Part shown: one piece after another, positions 1 through 10,000 of the stretch
Layout: each line of letters opens with the position of its first letter
Numbering within the stretch: the stretch's first letter is position 1
IMG/VR virus record: IMGVR_UViG_3300009435_000050
Location: 1 to 24,731 of that record
Source: a virus
Taxonomy: Duplodnaviria; Caudoviricetes
Reading direction: 5' to 3' (one strand)
DNA: 24,731 nt
Made by a program: the position numbers and the translations under genes
The notes under the pieces: generated by a model
Told to the model about the DNA's origin: nothing
Seen by the model: only the letters and a program-made list of their open reading frames with translations
The model's database searches: none

Positions 1-269
1 CTAGTAGCGTCTAATTGGTCGGCCTTTTGTTGACGGCGGTTAGCTCTAGCTGCAGCTTGGTCTTTTAGGAATGCCTCTTGACCTGACGTGGTAGATAAGT
101 CATAATCCTTTTTGCGAATTACAGAGCCTTCTTCAACACGTCTAGCTTTGTCATCCTGCGCTGCCTCTGTTGTTTTTGCTTGCTTCTTTGTCTTTCCACC
201 TTCGTTATACTTTCTGATAGTAGCGACCATTGCTTTTTTGCCTTTCGCGCTTTTCTTCTTTAGTTTCAT
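1..269 (-). CDS. Hypothetical virion-associated protein, runs off window (MKLKKKSAKGKKAMVATIRKYNEGGK...)
   Basis: Not in ORF track. Open minus frame from ATG 269, just after the stop of the upstream gene at 271, to the window edge with no stop. Basic N-terminus with a KYxxGG motif, which I recall from Bacteroidota phage late proteins. Confidence 0.7.
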   Translation of the reverse strand, partial: MKLKKKSAKGKKAMVATIRKYNEGGKTKKQAKTTEAAQDDKARRVEEGSVIRKKDYDLSTTSGQEAFLKDQAAARANRRQQKADQLDAT

Positions 270-270
270 T

Positions 271-606
271 TTACTTTCTTTTTAGTATTTCGTTTACTGT
301 TTTCAATTCGAAGTTAGCTTTCTCTAGGTCTACTAACTTGGTTTGCATTGCTTTGTTCTCAGAGCGCAATGTAGCTACCTCCATTTTGAGGTCAACATAT
401 ATATCTCTTAATTCTTCCAAATCCTTTAGTAAGCTGTCTTGTTGTGTGCGTAGTAATTGTATAGTCTCGTCTTTAGCTACTAGAGCTCCGTTAGCACCTG
501 TATCAGATTTAGCCTTATAGACTTTCCAATAGTAGTCAAACGCCTTTGTAGACGTTATACCAACAACCAAGGCTGTTATAGCTGAGAATACAGAATCAAT
601 TACCAT
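271..606 (-). CDS. Membrane protein with N-terminal TM helix and C-terminal coiled coil (holin/spanin-like candidate)
   Basis: Hydrophobic VFSAITALVVGIT segment followed by a heptad-rich helix; overlaps the upstream stop. Lysis role is inference only. Confidence 0.6.
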   Translation of the reverse strand: MVIDSVFSAITALVVGITSTKAFDYYWKVYKAKSDTGANGALVAKDETIQLLRTQQDSLLKDLEELRDIYVDLKMEVATLRSENKAMQTKLVDLEKANFELKTVNEILKRK

Positions 607-890
607 TTTACTTTATTTGCCCAATAAGCCGCAGAGAGCTTACCCTTTTTTATATTTCTTTGATGACGAGCTTTAAATGAAGCACGTTTCTTTTTCATAC
701 GGTCAGACTCGCCTGCTTTAGGTTTGCCCGCTGTGGATGCACCTTGCTCACCGAAACGAATTAGCTTTACAGTAGTACCCTCCTTAGCCAAAACAATGTG
801 TGACTTCTTAGGATGCTGAGGCGTACGCTTAGCTTTATTGACTCCTGCAAGCCTGTGTTTCTTGAGTAAGTTCTTTATGCGGTTATCCAT
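600..890 (-). CDS. Small highly basic phage protein (LIRFG...KRASFKARH...SAAYWANKVKW type), probably nucleic-acid binding
   Basis: Lys/Arg-rich. Start reassigned to ATG 890 (MDNRIK), 5 nt after the TATCTTTG box. Motif pattern resembles a family widespread in aquatic phages. Confidence 0.7.
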   Translation of the reverse strand: MDNRIKNLLKKHRLAGVNKAKRTPQHPKKSHIVLAKEGTTVKLIRFGEQGASTAGKPKAGESDRMKKKRASFKARHQRNIKKGKLSAAYWANKVKW

Positions 891-895
891 AGATG

Positions 896-903
896 CAAAG
901 ATA
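896..903 (-). promoter_or_regulatory. Bacteroidota -7 promoter element TATCTTTG
   Basis: Matches TAnnTTTG; lies between a terminator and the ATG at 890. Confidence 0.7.
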
Positions 904-920
904 CACAAAAATACTATATA

Positions 921-949
921 AAAGAAAAGGAGAGCCGAAGCCCTCCTTT
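921..949 (-). terminator. Intrinsic terminator
   Basis: Minus strand AAAGGAGGGC-TTCG-GCTCTCCTTT followed by TCTTTT; UUCG loop. Confidence 0.8.
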
Positions 950-1002
950 ATGATTCGTGTGGAAAACCACAACTTCAACAACATATAAAAACCTACACGA
1001 AT

Positions 1003-1263
1003 CTAATTTTCTTCAGATGGCTCTACGAACTCACCTGTTTGAATGTCAATGTTTACGTTACCATACTTCTCCATCATTGATGATTGTAAGGCAGTTAAGT
1101 CTCCTTCGAACCCTTGAATAGCAGTCCAAGCCATATCTACAGCTTCTTCTACTCGTTTAAGGTTTTTCGATGCGTGCGCGAACTGACTCTCAGCTCCGCG
1201 TAATTCCGATAATGCTGTCGTTAGCTTCTCGAGTTCTTTCTTTGTTAGTTTTTTTGCACTCAT
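1003..1263 (-). CDS. Small coiled-coil protein, possible tail-fibre assembly helper
   Basis: Helical 86 aa ending KYGNVNIDIQTGEF, downstream of fibre genes. Confidence 0.65.
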   Translation of the reverse strand: MSAKKLTKKELEKLTTALSELRGAESQFAHASKNLKRVEEAVDMAWTAIQGFEGDLTALQSSMMEKYGNVNIDIQTGEFVEPSEEN

Positions 1264-1322
1264 GGTAAAATGAAATAAAATGTTATGATACTAATATACC
1301 GAAGGTATATGTGAAAAACAAG

Positions 1323-2288
1323 TTAGTAGCTTGCCCTAGTCCCCGTGTTGTTTGCTGTAGTTTCAAAATCACCTGCCGAATCTCTCACGTTTCCGTCAAA
1401 GTCAAATTCTGTGATTAAATTAGTGGAGTATGAGTTATCTGCATTCACAGGGTCGCCTGAGTTATATATGGTGGAAACCTGAGCAGGGGTGAGTACGGAG
1501 CTGTATATTTTTACTTCGTCAAAAGTACCGTTAAACCCACCCGCTGTTGTTGTTGGGTTGTGGTTATTGTTACCTAGGGTAAATTGATTAACAGCGCTTG
1601 TAGACCTGCTTCCCGAGTTTGCTGCTGCTTGAGTTGTTACCTCTGTAGCGTTCCAATATAGTTTAATACCATTGGTCGCGTTCGATTCAGATGCATCATA
1701 CGTTACAGTTATTAGGCATGCTCCTTGAGCGTTTACGTTACCTTTGTTCGTGTTGCTCCACTTTGTCCCTGAGCTAGTCCCACACCCAATAGATGAGTTA
1801 TTATCATGCAAGGCGAACTGACGGTCATAGTTAACACTACTTGTTCTGTGTCTTATTACGAATCTATTGAGACTATAACTATACTGAATGAAGAATCTAT
1901 TAGCAGTACTAGTGCTGTTCGCCATATCCCAAATAACCTCATTATTAACAGTTGCGCCTTTGCTGACCCACAATGAAATGCTTAGGTCTTGAGAGCCACT
2001 AAGATTAAACGGAGAACTTGTAGTCGTTGACTTTAACGCCTGTCCTCTATCTATTTCGTAGTAGTGAGTATTAGTGTAGGCGCTTAGATTATGGTCATAA
2101 CTGTACCACTCGCTGATTGAAGCAGGAGCTGAACCGTCGGGGTAATTGCTCGGTGAGTTCCCTGTATTTATAGTAAATAGAGCTTGATTTTCTAAGTCTC
2201 CCAATGAGGCATCAGCCAAAGTAGTAGACAGACCCGCTTCACTTAGTATATCGCTAATTTTTATTTGTCCTGATGATTGTAAAGCCAT
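1323..2288 (-). CDS. Tail-fibre-tip adhesin candidate with LamG/concanavalin A-like domain
   Basis: N-terminal MALQSSGQIKISDI motif of the kind seen after S74 fibres; LamG hallmarks SISLWV, ITVTYD, IKLYWN, FNGTFDEVKIYSSVLT. TAATG overlap with the upstream fibre gene. Confidence 0.8.
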   Translation of the reverse strand: MALQSSGQIKISDILSEAGLSTTLADASLGDLENQALFTINTGNSPSNYPDGSAPASISEWYSYDHNLSAYTNTHYYEIDRGQALKSTTTSSPFNLSGSQDLSISLWVSKGATVNNEVIWDMANSTSTANRFFIQYSYSLNRFVIRHRTSSVNYDRQFALHDNNSSIGCGTSSGTKWSNTNKGNVNAQGACLITVTYDASESNATNGIKLYWNATEVTTQAAANSGSRSTSAVNQFTLGNNNHNPTTTAGGFNGTFDEVKIYSSVLTPAQVSTIYNSGDPVNADNSYSTNLITEFDFDGNVRDSAGDFETTANNTGTRASY

Positions 2289-4048
2289 TACAGTCTATTT
2301 TCAATATCGATAATACGCTCCTCTAGTTGAGATATGATATCTTGCTGTTCTTTGTTTGATTCTATAAGAAGTGCTACTATTTTCTCGTAGTCTACCGTTT
2401 TGTAAGATGCAGAAGCGTCATCTAGTCCTTCAACCAATGGTAATTGGTGCTCTCTAACAATGCTAGGGATTACCTCTTCAACCTCTTGTGCGATTAGACC
2501 TATCTCACGCTGCCCCTTACGGCCTCCTTTTTTCCAAGTGTATTCCACGCCTCTAAGCTGAGAAACCTTCTTAGAAGCGCTCTCAATGGTCTCTATGTCT
2601 TCTTTTAGTCTAGCATCAGATATTGTAGTAGAGAATGCAACAACGTCGTTTGCTGCATGAATGTTACCACTAGTATCTATTCTGAATGCTTCACTACCTG
2701 TTACAATAAACTTCAATACGTTAGCTGCAGACATGTCTATATAGTTGTCTGAGTTAAAACCTATGTAATCTACATCTGTTCTAAGGTCTGTAGACACGCT
2801 GAATGTAGTGCCTGTTATATCTAGACCCGCTCCGTTGCTGTATGTTGTATCTGTATCTGCGTAATTAGGAATGTTTAGAACACCACCACCACTTAGCGAG
2901 GCCACGCCTGAAGTACCCGTAGTAGTAAGACTAGTAACTAATCCACCACCGCTCGAAACCGTAGTCCAAGAAGCTGTACCTGAGCCGTTTGTTGTAAGAA
3001 CTTGACCGTTAGTACCTGTGCCTGTAGGGATACTCATAACTTGAGTTCCACCACTAGAGAATGCTGTAACACCCGTAGAGGCTAGGAACATACCTGTATC
3101 TCCATCATCTAGGAATCGATAGTTAGGTGTACTAGGATTGTTTGTACCATCAACAGCTATTGCGCTAGCATCTATTCTAACGCCAAGTGTTGTAAATGGG
3201 TTAGTAGAGTTTCCCATAGCTGTACCGTCACCAAAGTAGAACATAAACGGTTGGTCGGCGCTCGACTGAGCTAGTCTGAAATGTTGGTCACCGTAATTAA
3301 CTATATGTAGTCTGTGTCTGTTTGATGAAGAGTTTACAGACTCTATTCTAAATGTTTCATCAATAGTCGAGTCAGAACCCGCAATACCTTTTATTCTAAT
3401 TGTAGAGTCGTCATTGTCTGAACGGAACATCAATCCAACCTCGTCTCCTGCTAGGTTGTTTGCATTTCTTATAGACATGTATAGATTCTCCTGTGCAATC
3501 TTAGCACTAAAGAACTCATCTGCGTCATTCAATACAGAAGAACGTGGTGAGCCTGCTCCGTCGGGAGCGATGTGCACAAAGTATTTAGGAGATACACCGC
3601 CTGTGTTTCTGTTCGCCCAATCGTCATTAGCTAAAGATAGTTGCGAGCCATCAGACATTAGCCTGAAGTTGGTTGAGTTCAAGGTATTAGACTCGTTTGC
3701 CCAACCTATTGTGTCTGCCGCGTTGTAGTTTGCTAGAACGTTTGTGATTGCTGAGCCTGTGTCTGTAAGGTATCCCTGAGAACTGTGAGTCTCCGAAGTA
3801 AGATACCTACCATCAATATCTACCGTTACAGTAGTTTGGTTGTCTACTGTCAATGAAATAACACCCGTAGAGGTATTGAACGCAGCAGCACTTACGAAAT
3901 CGTTTGTGTCTGTCGTTCCTGCAGGTATATCAATCCACGATACAGTTCCTGACCCGTTCGTTTGTAGAATCTGATTAGAAGACCCATCGGCCAAAGGAAG
4001 TGTAAAGTTAGGACTAGACCCAACCTCTATATTGTTTAGAAATTTCAT
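2288..4048 (-). CDS. Tail fibre/spike with C-terminal peptidase S74 intramolecular chaperone
   Basis: SDARLKEDI...LRGVEYTWK...IGLIAQEVEEV..VDYEKIVALLIE plus terminal coiled coil; GQVLTTNGSGTASW fibre repeats. Confidence 0.9.
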   Translation of the reverse strand: MKFLNNIEVGSSPNFTLPLADGSSNQILQTNGSGTVSWIDIPAGTTDTNDFVSAAAFNTSTGVISLTVDNQTTVTVDIDGRYLTSETHSSQGYLTDTGSAITNVLANYNAADTIGWANESNTLNSTNFRLMSDGSQLSLANDDWANRNTGGVSPKYFVHIAPDGAGSPRSSVLNDADEFFSAKIAQENLYMSIRNANNLAGDEVGLMFRSDNDDSTIRIKGIAGSDSTIDETFRIESVNSSSNRHRLHIVNYGDQHFRLAQSSADQPFMFYFGDGTAMGNSTNPFTTLGVRIDASAIAVDGTNNPSTPNYRFLDDGDTGMFLASTGVTAFSSGGTQVMSIPTGTGTNGQVLTTNGSGTASWTTVSSGGGLVTSLTTTGTSGVASLSGGGVLNIPNYADTDTTYSNGAGLDITGTTFSVSTDLRTDVDYIGFNSDNYIDMSAANVLKFIVTGSEAFRIDTSGNIHAANDVVAFSTTISDARLKEDIETIESASKKVSQLRGVEYTWKKGGRKGQREIGLIAQEVEEVIPSIVREHQLPLVEGLDDASASYKTVDYEKIVALLIESNKEQQDIISQLEERIIDIENRL

Positions 4049-4065
4049 ATGCAGTAATTATACTG

Positions 4066-4073
4066 CAAATATA
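4066..4073 (-). promoter_or_regulatory. -7 promoter element TATATTTG
   Basis: TAnnTTTG immediately after the terminator U-tract, 17 nt before ATG 4048. Confidence 0.65.
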
Positions 4074-4074
4074 C

Positions 4075-4108
4075 AAAAAAAAGGGAGGATGCGCAAGCAA
4101 CCCCCCTT
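4075..4108 (-). terminator. Intrinsic terminator
   Basis: Minus strand AAGGGGGGTTGC-TTGC-GCATCCTCCCTT followed by a T-run. Confidence 0.8.
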
Positions 4109-4133
4109 CGTGTTATAGACTATGTAGTCTGTA

Positions 4134-6203
4134 TTATATCGCTTGGATAAGAATACGGACATCATTTGTTGCAGGAGCAGCGCCGAAGTCAACTGTGACA
4201 ACGTTAGTGCTAGTTCTTACAACGTCAGCATAAACAGTGTCCCCTGAAGAAACATCGAATAACTGAACGATAACATCAGTAGTTCCTAAGTTGTGCGTAA
4301 CTGCAATAGATACATCAGTTCCGTCACCAATAGATGCCTTGAACTTTCTATCGTCTACAAACTTCTTAACACCTGCAGGAGTAACAGCATAGTTACTACC
4401 TAAAGTACCCGTGCTAGCTTCAGTAGTTGTAGCTATTTCAACACCACCTGTTACAGCAGTAGTAGCATTCGGAAGAACGTAATTGTTCGCATCCGTAGCA
4501 CCCGTGTAACCTAAGTTAGCAAGAGTAAGAGTACGCTTAGTAACAGCAGTAGTGTGACCTAAAGTGTCAACAGTAACGCTATCAATAACTGATGCACCCG
4601 TACCTGTAACCGAGATAGCAGTCTGAGTTGGGTGAGAGTAGTTGTTAGCTGTAGTAGAAACAGTAAATGTACCACCTACGTTAGCAACAGAAATTAGACC
4701 TGTACCCGTAAGAGTTACTGTGTCTGCGTCTGCAACAGTTGTAGAAGTAGAACCATCAGTAATGACGAAGTCATCCATTGTTCCACTACCTGTACCTGCG
4801 CCGATATCAGAACGAACCTCAGCACCTGTACGGAAGTCTACGTTGCCCGAGCTATCAAGAACAAGGAATTTATCCGTGTCAACACCTGCGTTAACAACAG
4901 AATCCAATTTAAGAGTTCCGTCAACCTCAAGAGCACCTGTGCGAACTGCAGCAGTACCTGATAAGGTTAGTACGTTATCCGCACCTGCTTCAGCAGTTGT
5001 ACCGAATACAAACTCGTCAGCAGACTCGTCCCAAATCATTGCTACGTTTGTAGCAGAGCCACGCTCAACCAAAATACCTGCATCCTCAGCAGGAGTTCCC
5101 GTGAATCCATGATTAAGAACAAACAAGCTGTCCTCTACACGAACCTCTTCAGCAAGAGTTACGATGTGTGCACCTGAAACAGTCAAGTCACCGTTTACAG
5201 TAAGGTCACCAACGGTAACAGCATTAGTAGTAGTAGCTCCACGTCCTGTAACGTCGTCTAAGGTGTCCGTCTCAGAGTAAGACTGTAAGTAGCGTCCATC
5301 TAAAGAAACAGAAGTCCCTGCGTTACCTACACCTGTTAAGGTAAGAGTACCACTAGCAAAAGAAGCACCGTTAATGTAGTCTATATCGTTGTCGTTAGCA
5401 GAAGTAAATGTAACTAAGTCAGTACCTGTAGTGATAGTCATACCACCTGCACCTGCGAAAGTTACAGTATCACCTGCACTAGAAGCGTCAACAGTAGTCT
5501 GTCCTGAAACAGCAATAGAACCGAAATCATCAGATTGAGACTCTAAGTAGCGTCCATCTAAATCAACAGTAACGTCAGACTGAGAACCAACACTAAGTGT
5601 TAATACACCTGTACCTGAAGCCCAAGAAGCAGAATCTACAAAGTCGTTATCATTATCGTTAGCAGAAGCAATTGTAATATCATCTCCTGAAGGAGTAATA
5701 GTTACGTTTGAACCTGCGACAAGTGTTATGTCATCAGTTCCTGCTCCTGAATCTGTCAAGCGAATAATAGCATCAGCGCCATCATCTACAGCAGATATAC
5801 TATAAGTAGTATTGCTGTTTGTAACAGTTTCGGCAGATGTACTGATAGCAGTAATGTGTCCGTATGTGTCAAAAGTTATACCGTCTACGTATGTACGAGC
5901 GGTAGCAGTAAGATTACCAACACTCGATGTGTCAGCGTGAGCGACTGTAGGGTTTGTTGTTGTACCTCCAATTGTAATAGAAGAATCACCTGCGGTTACA
6001 GAGGCAACAGCGCTCGAGCCTGTCGCTAGTCTGTCCCATGCTGTAGATGAGTCCGTATTGATGAATATAGCATCAACGGTAGTGGAGTATACAATCTGCC
6101 CCTCAGTTCCTGTCAGCGTACCGTCAGGATTACCCGCATAGTTTTGAATTACAGCATTCTGTAACTCATTGCTCTGAAGGTCTAAGTTGTTTAAAAATTT
6201 CAT
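4134..6203 (-). CDS. Long Thr/Ser/Gly/Asp-rich tail fibre protein
   Basis: Beta-rich repeats (LDGRYL modules, TLDDVTGRG, D.GILVERG, VD..GH.T) and a C-terminal VTHNLG domain. Start reassigned to ATG 6203 (MKFLNN). Confidence 0.8.
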   Translation of the reverse strand: MKFLNNLDLQSNELQNAVIQNYAGNPDGTLTGTEGQIVYSTTVDAIFINTDSSTAWDRLATGSSAVASVTAGDSSITIGGTTTNPTVAHADTSSVGNLTATARTYVDGITFDTYGHITAISTSAETVTNSNTTYSISAVDDGADAIIRLTDSGAGTDDITLVAGSNVTITPSGDDITIASANDNDNDFVDSASWASGTGVLTLSVGSQSDVTVDLDGRYLESQSDDFGSIAVSGQTTVDASSAGDTVTFAGAGGMTITTGTDLVTFTSANDNDIDYINGASFASGTLTLTGVGNAGTSVSLDGRYLQSYSETDTLDDVTGRGATTTNAVTVGDLTVNGDLTVSGAHIVTLAEEVRVEDSLFVLNHGFTGTPAEDAGILVERGSATNVAMIWDESADEFVFGTTAEAGADNVLTLSGTAAVRTGALEVDGTLKLDSVVNAGVDTDKFLVLDSSGNVDFRTGAEVRSDIGAGTGSGTMDDFVITDGSTSTTVADADTVTLTGTGLISVANVGGTFTVSTTANNYSHPTQTAISVTGTGASVIDSVTVDTLGHTTAVTKRTLTLANLGYTGATDANNYVLPNATTAVTGGVEIATTTEASTGTLGSNYAVTPAGVKKFVDDRKFKASIGDGTDVSIAVTHNLGTTDVIVQLFDVSSGDTVYADVVRTSTNVVTVDFGAAPATNDVRILIQAI

Positions 6204-6232
6204 TTGCAAATAGTATTAGTTATAACTAGATG

Positions 6233-6240
6233 CAAAGATA
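6233..6240 (-). promoter_or_regulatory. -7 promoter element TATCTTTG
   Basis: TAnnTTTG in the intergenic gap upstream of the fibre gene. Confidence 0.65.
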
Positions 6241-6247
6241 GGAAAAA

Positions 6248-6613
6248 TTAGTTAAAGTGTATCTTGCCTGAGAATTGCGCACGGACTATTAATTTGACTG
6301 TATTATCGTCAATGTATGTCACTTCGGGCTGAAGCACTTGATTAAAGGAGTCAACACAAGTAACTGCAGGTTTTTTATTCAATCCATGTACTAGAGTTAC
6401 CTCATGTTCATTTCCCACAGAAGTCCAAGCGTTTATGTTAAGTGCTAGTGTTTTGTGCTTGTCAGCAGCACCCTGTATTCCTGCAATAGACTGACGGTCT
6501 AGAACAGATACTTGATTAGGGTCGTTCTGCTGCACAGATACACTTTGAGTATTCTGAGTAGCCGTTACGGAGTTGCCCTTGCTAGGTACTGTGATGTTAG
6601 CTGTTATAGCCAC
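6248..6613 (-). CDS. Small virion structural protein (H.L...P.V...D domain; fibre adaptor-like)
   Basis: C-terminal VHGLNKKPAVTCVDS...EVTYIDDNTVKL...FSGK resembles the C-terminus of the 4134-6203 protein. Confidence 0.65.
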   Translation of the reverse strand: MAITANITVPSKGNSVTATQNTQSVSVQQNDPNQVSVLDRQSIAGIQGAADKHKTLALNINAWTSVGNEHEVTLVHGLNKKPAVTCVDSFNQVLQPEVTYIDDNTVKLIVRAQFSGKIHFN

Positions 6614-6614
6614 C

Positions 6615-6986
6615 TTAAGATAATGTTACGTCGTCAATAATTGTAAATAATCCATAGAACCAAGTCGTACGAGTTGAACCACCATCGGTAGCTTGTAGGT
6701 CGTAAACAAACGTACCTGCCTCTACAGCTTCCATTGCCGTGTAAGATTTAGTAGCTGTTAAAACACCTGCGTTAGTAGCAGTGAAATCAGCGAAAAGAAA
6801 ACTAAGTATAGGAGTTCCATTATCGTCATCCGTTGGGCGTACATCAATCTCGAAATCCGCATAAGCAGAAAGGTCTAGTGCCGCGCCTGCGGAGTCTGTA
6901 ATAGTAATGATTAGCTCGAAGGTATCTCCCTTTCGACAGGTGATATCCAACCTCTGTGCTATGTCTAAGTTCGCTTTAAGTCCCAT
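6615..6986 (-). CDS. Ig-like virion protein resembling the BppU N-terminal (fibre attachment) domain
   Basis: Pattern KGDTF.L.I...D..G.ALDLS.Y...GTFVYDLQ.......T...G.F.I..DVT. Confidence 0.65.
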   Translation of the reverse strand: MGLKANLDIAQRLDITCRKGDTFELIITITDSAGAALDLSAYADFEIDVRPTDDDNGTPILSFLFADFTATNAGVLTATKSYTAMEAVEAGTFVYDLQATDGGSTRTTWFYGLFTIIDDVTLS

Positions 6987-6990
6987 GTTG

Positions 6991-6998
6991 CAAAGATA
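6991..6998 (-). promoter_or_regulatory. -7 promoter element TATCTTTG (leaderless context)
   Basis: 4 nt before ATG 6986. Confidence 0.7.
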
Positions 6999-7013
6999 CG
7001 TATTTAAATTTTA

Positions 7014-7040
7014 AGAGGGGAAGCGAATGCCTCCCCCCTA
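7014..7040 (-). terminator. Probable terminator hairpin
   Basis: AGGGGGGAGGC-ATTC-GCTTCCCCTCT after the 1197-aa gene; weak U-tract. Confidence 0.55.
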
Positions 7041-7052
7041 TGATAGTTTTTA

Positions 7053-10000
7053 TTATGGTGTGTCTGTTACCAATTCTGACGCCGTGAAGTTGAAGCCAAC
7101 TAGGTCAGCACTTCCTATCAAGTCAGTTACTGTAGTTTCAGAGTCCTCTATTTCGTAGTAGTGCACAGGAGCTGAAGCTAATCCACTCAAGTCTTGAGTT
7201 GCACCACTATTGTAGATAGTCGCTAAGTTAGCGCTTTCATCTGTTTCAAATATAGCTACTTGGTTTACGATACCATCTAAGAGATACTGATTAGTTGTAC
7301 CGCCATCAAGTCTACCGATTCTGAATTTGTCTGATACAATAGTACCACTGTATCCACCACCTGTAGCTTGAATCTGACTAACTCCGTTAGCACCATTAAT
7401 GTACATTTGGAAAGCACTAGCTCCACCTGCTGCGGTAAGAGTGTCAGCACCACTGTAAGTAATCAAGACGTGATTCCAAGCGTTAGTAGGGAAAGTACCC
7501 ACACCGATAAAGTTTAAGTTACCTGCATTGTTACCGTATCTAAGTAGTATGTTATTACCACTAAATTGCTGTAATTCAATTCTACCTTCATTAACTAAAT
7601 CATCTCCACCATAGTAAAAGAGAGTCTGAACTGCTGTGCTAGTAGAAGGCTTAATCCATAAAGATACAGACCAAGCATCAGAAGCACCTGCTCCGTTAGC
7701 CGCTCTTTGTAAAGCCGTTACATTTGTAGCATTACCATTTAGGTAAGCGCTAGAATTGTTAAGGAACTTGAGAGACTTAGTATTAGTGGAAGCGTAAGAC
7801 GTTACAGTTACCGTTACTGAGAAAGTGGTAGAACCGCCTATCGCGTTCCCTGCCTTACAGTTAACAACTATAGTGTCAGCAGCACCGCCTACGAAAGCAG
7901 GAGCTACACCACTAAGGACACCCGTAGTCTGATTCATCGTCATCCAACTAGGTGCGTCTAATTCAACAAACTGATTAACAATGTTGTCACTAGATACTAC
8001 TTGGAAGTTCAGTGATTGACCCTCTCTTACAGAAGCTGTTTGGTTAGCAACAGTTGGAGCAAAGTTAGCGCTAGGCTGCGACCCTTGTCCTATGGTCTGC
8101 TTAGAGACTACAGGAATAGAATAGTAAGCTCTGTTGCCTCTAACACCGAAGTATAGACTAACACTAGAGCCTACAGTTGGGTTAGCCTTAGCTGTAGCTA
8201 CTAGTTCTTGGTTATCTTCAGAGTAGATAGTTAACTCTCCGTCGGCAGTGAATCTCAATGAGAACATACCTTGAACAGTTGATGCTCCACCTTTTCTGTA
8301 TCCTACTATACCTGCACCATTATCGAAATAGTACGTAGCGTTAGTGTTTACATTCCAATCTGAAACTCCATCAAATTCAAAATCAAGAGCCTCATTAGTT
8401 GCATAAGAAAATTCGTTATCAAGCTGCTCCTCTGCTGTTGAAACGCCTGTAGCTGCAGCACTGTAGTTAGTTCCGAAGTAGTCGCCTTGACCAACCTCGT
8501 CTAACATAAACATTATCTTCTCTCCTATCTCAATTGAGACGTTGCTCTTCAGTACAGTGTGGTCTAGGATACCGTTAACGATACCCGCCTCAGTTCCCGC
8601 GAAGTCATGAACGATAGTCCAATCTACAGTGCTTATAATCCCATTAGGAAATGCAGAGTTATTAAACCCACCGAACTGCAAGTTAAACGAAGAAACTCCT
8701 AAAGCAATTGTAGTCTTACCTACTATCACCTCTGTAGCTCCACTTATGTCAAGCAAAGTTAAGTGTCCGTCATCTCCGAATCTTATAGACATGGCAGCAC
8801 CGTTTGTAACAGTATAACCACCTGTGTGGTAGGTACTTATGTCAGTATTGCTAGAATCAGTAAACTTCTGAGTACCATTAGCGTAGCTAAATACTGTGCC
8901 CCAATTGGACGCGTCACTCATTGCAGGAGAGCCGTTGTAAGCTGTAGCTTCTTCAGGGCCATCCCATATACCCAATCTTAATTGATTACCTGAGTTAATA
9001 TTAAACTTAAACTCAGAACCTCTCAGAAGGGACTGTCCAAAGTAGTACGGCCCTTGAAGGTTGACAGCACTTGTCATAGTAGTAACTCCAACCTCTTGGT
9101 TAGCATTAGTACCGTACGATATATACCATCTGTCATTTGTAGCTGACAAGGTAGAACCACTAACTAAGTTGGTAGCATCTATAGTAACTGTAGTTCCGTC
9201 ATCAAGTGTTAGAATCAAGTCTGAACCACTAACAGCTCCACTAGTTACAAACTTATCAGTATCAACACCTAGTGTGGTAACATCGCTAGTAAAACTAGTT
9301 CCGTCAGCTAGGGTGATAGTTAAATCATCTCCCGATAAAACAAAGTTAGTTACAGGGTTTCCTGTGCTATTGAAAGAAGCAGCATTGGTAAACAAAGTGT
9401 TTAAAGCACTTACTGCCGTGTTCAGAACAGAATTAACAAGAACTCCATTGATACTAGCACCACCTACAGGTAAAGAGTCCACAAGAATCTTAGCTCCGTC
9501 TTTTATCTTTATCTGAATGGTCGAGCCATTAGCAACAGCTTGCAACTCATTAATAGCGTGGTGAGTCAATACTTGAGCTCCTGCAGTTAATGTAAGGTCT
9601 TTCATTATGATGCTTGACCCCGTAGCGTCAGCACTAAAGTCCATAGCTTGTAATTTAAGGTAAGGAGAGATTAACTCTAAATCCTTATCTTCAAAGAATC
9701 TGTTCAATACAGAAGTCTGATATCTAGTTGGTGTAGCATCACCTTCACAAACTTGTAGTATACCGTCATTAACTTCTTGGTTGTTTACAGTAGATACCTT
9801 GTATATGGTAGCACGTAGAGTTGTACCTGCCTCGATATCTAGCGGGTGGTCAAAGTACCACGTAAGGTCTTCGTTTACCGCTAAGGCTTGCTTGGGTAAG
9901 TATTGTATGTATACTGAGATACCATCAACAATAATCTCATATTTCAATTGCTGCGTAGCACTTACTGCCTCAGCTATTCTAACAGTGATACCTACACCAC

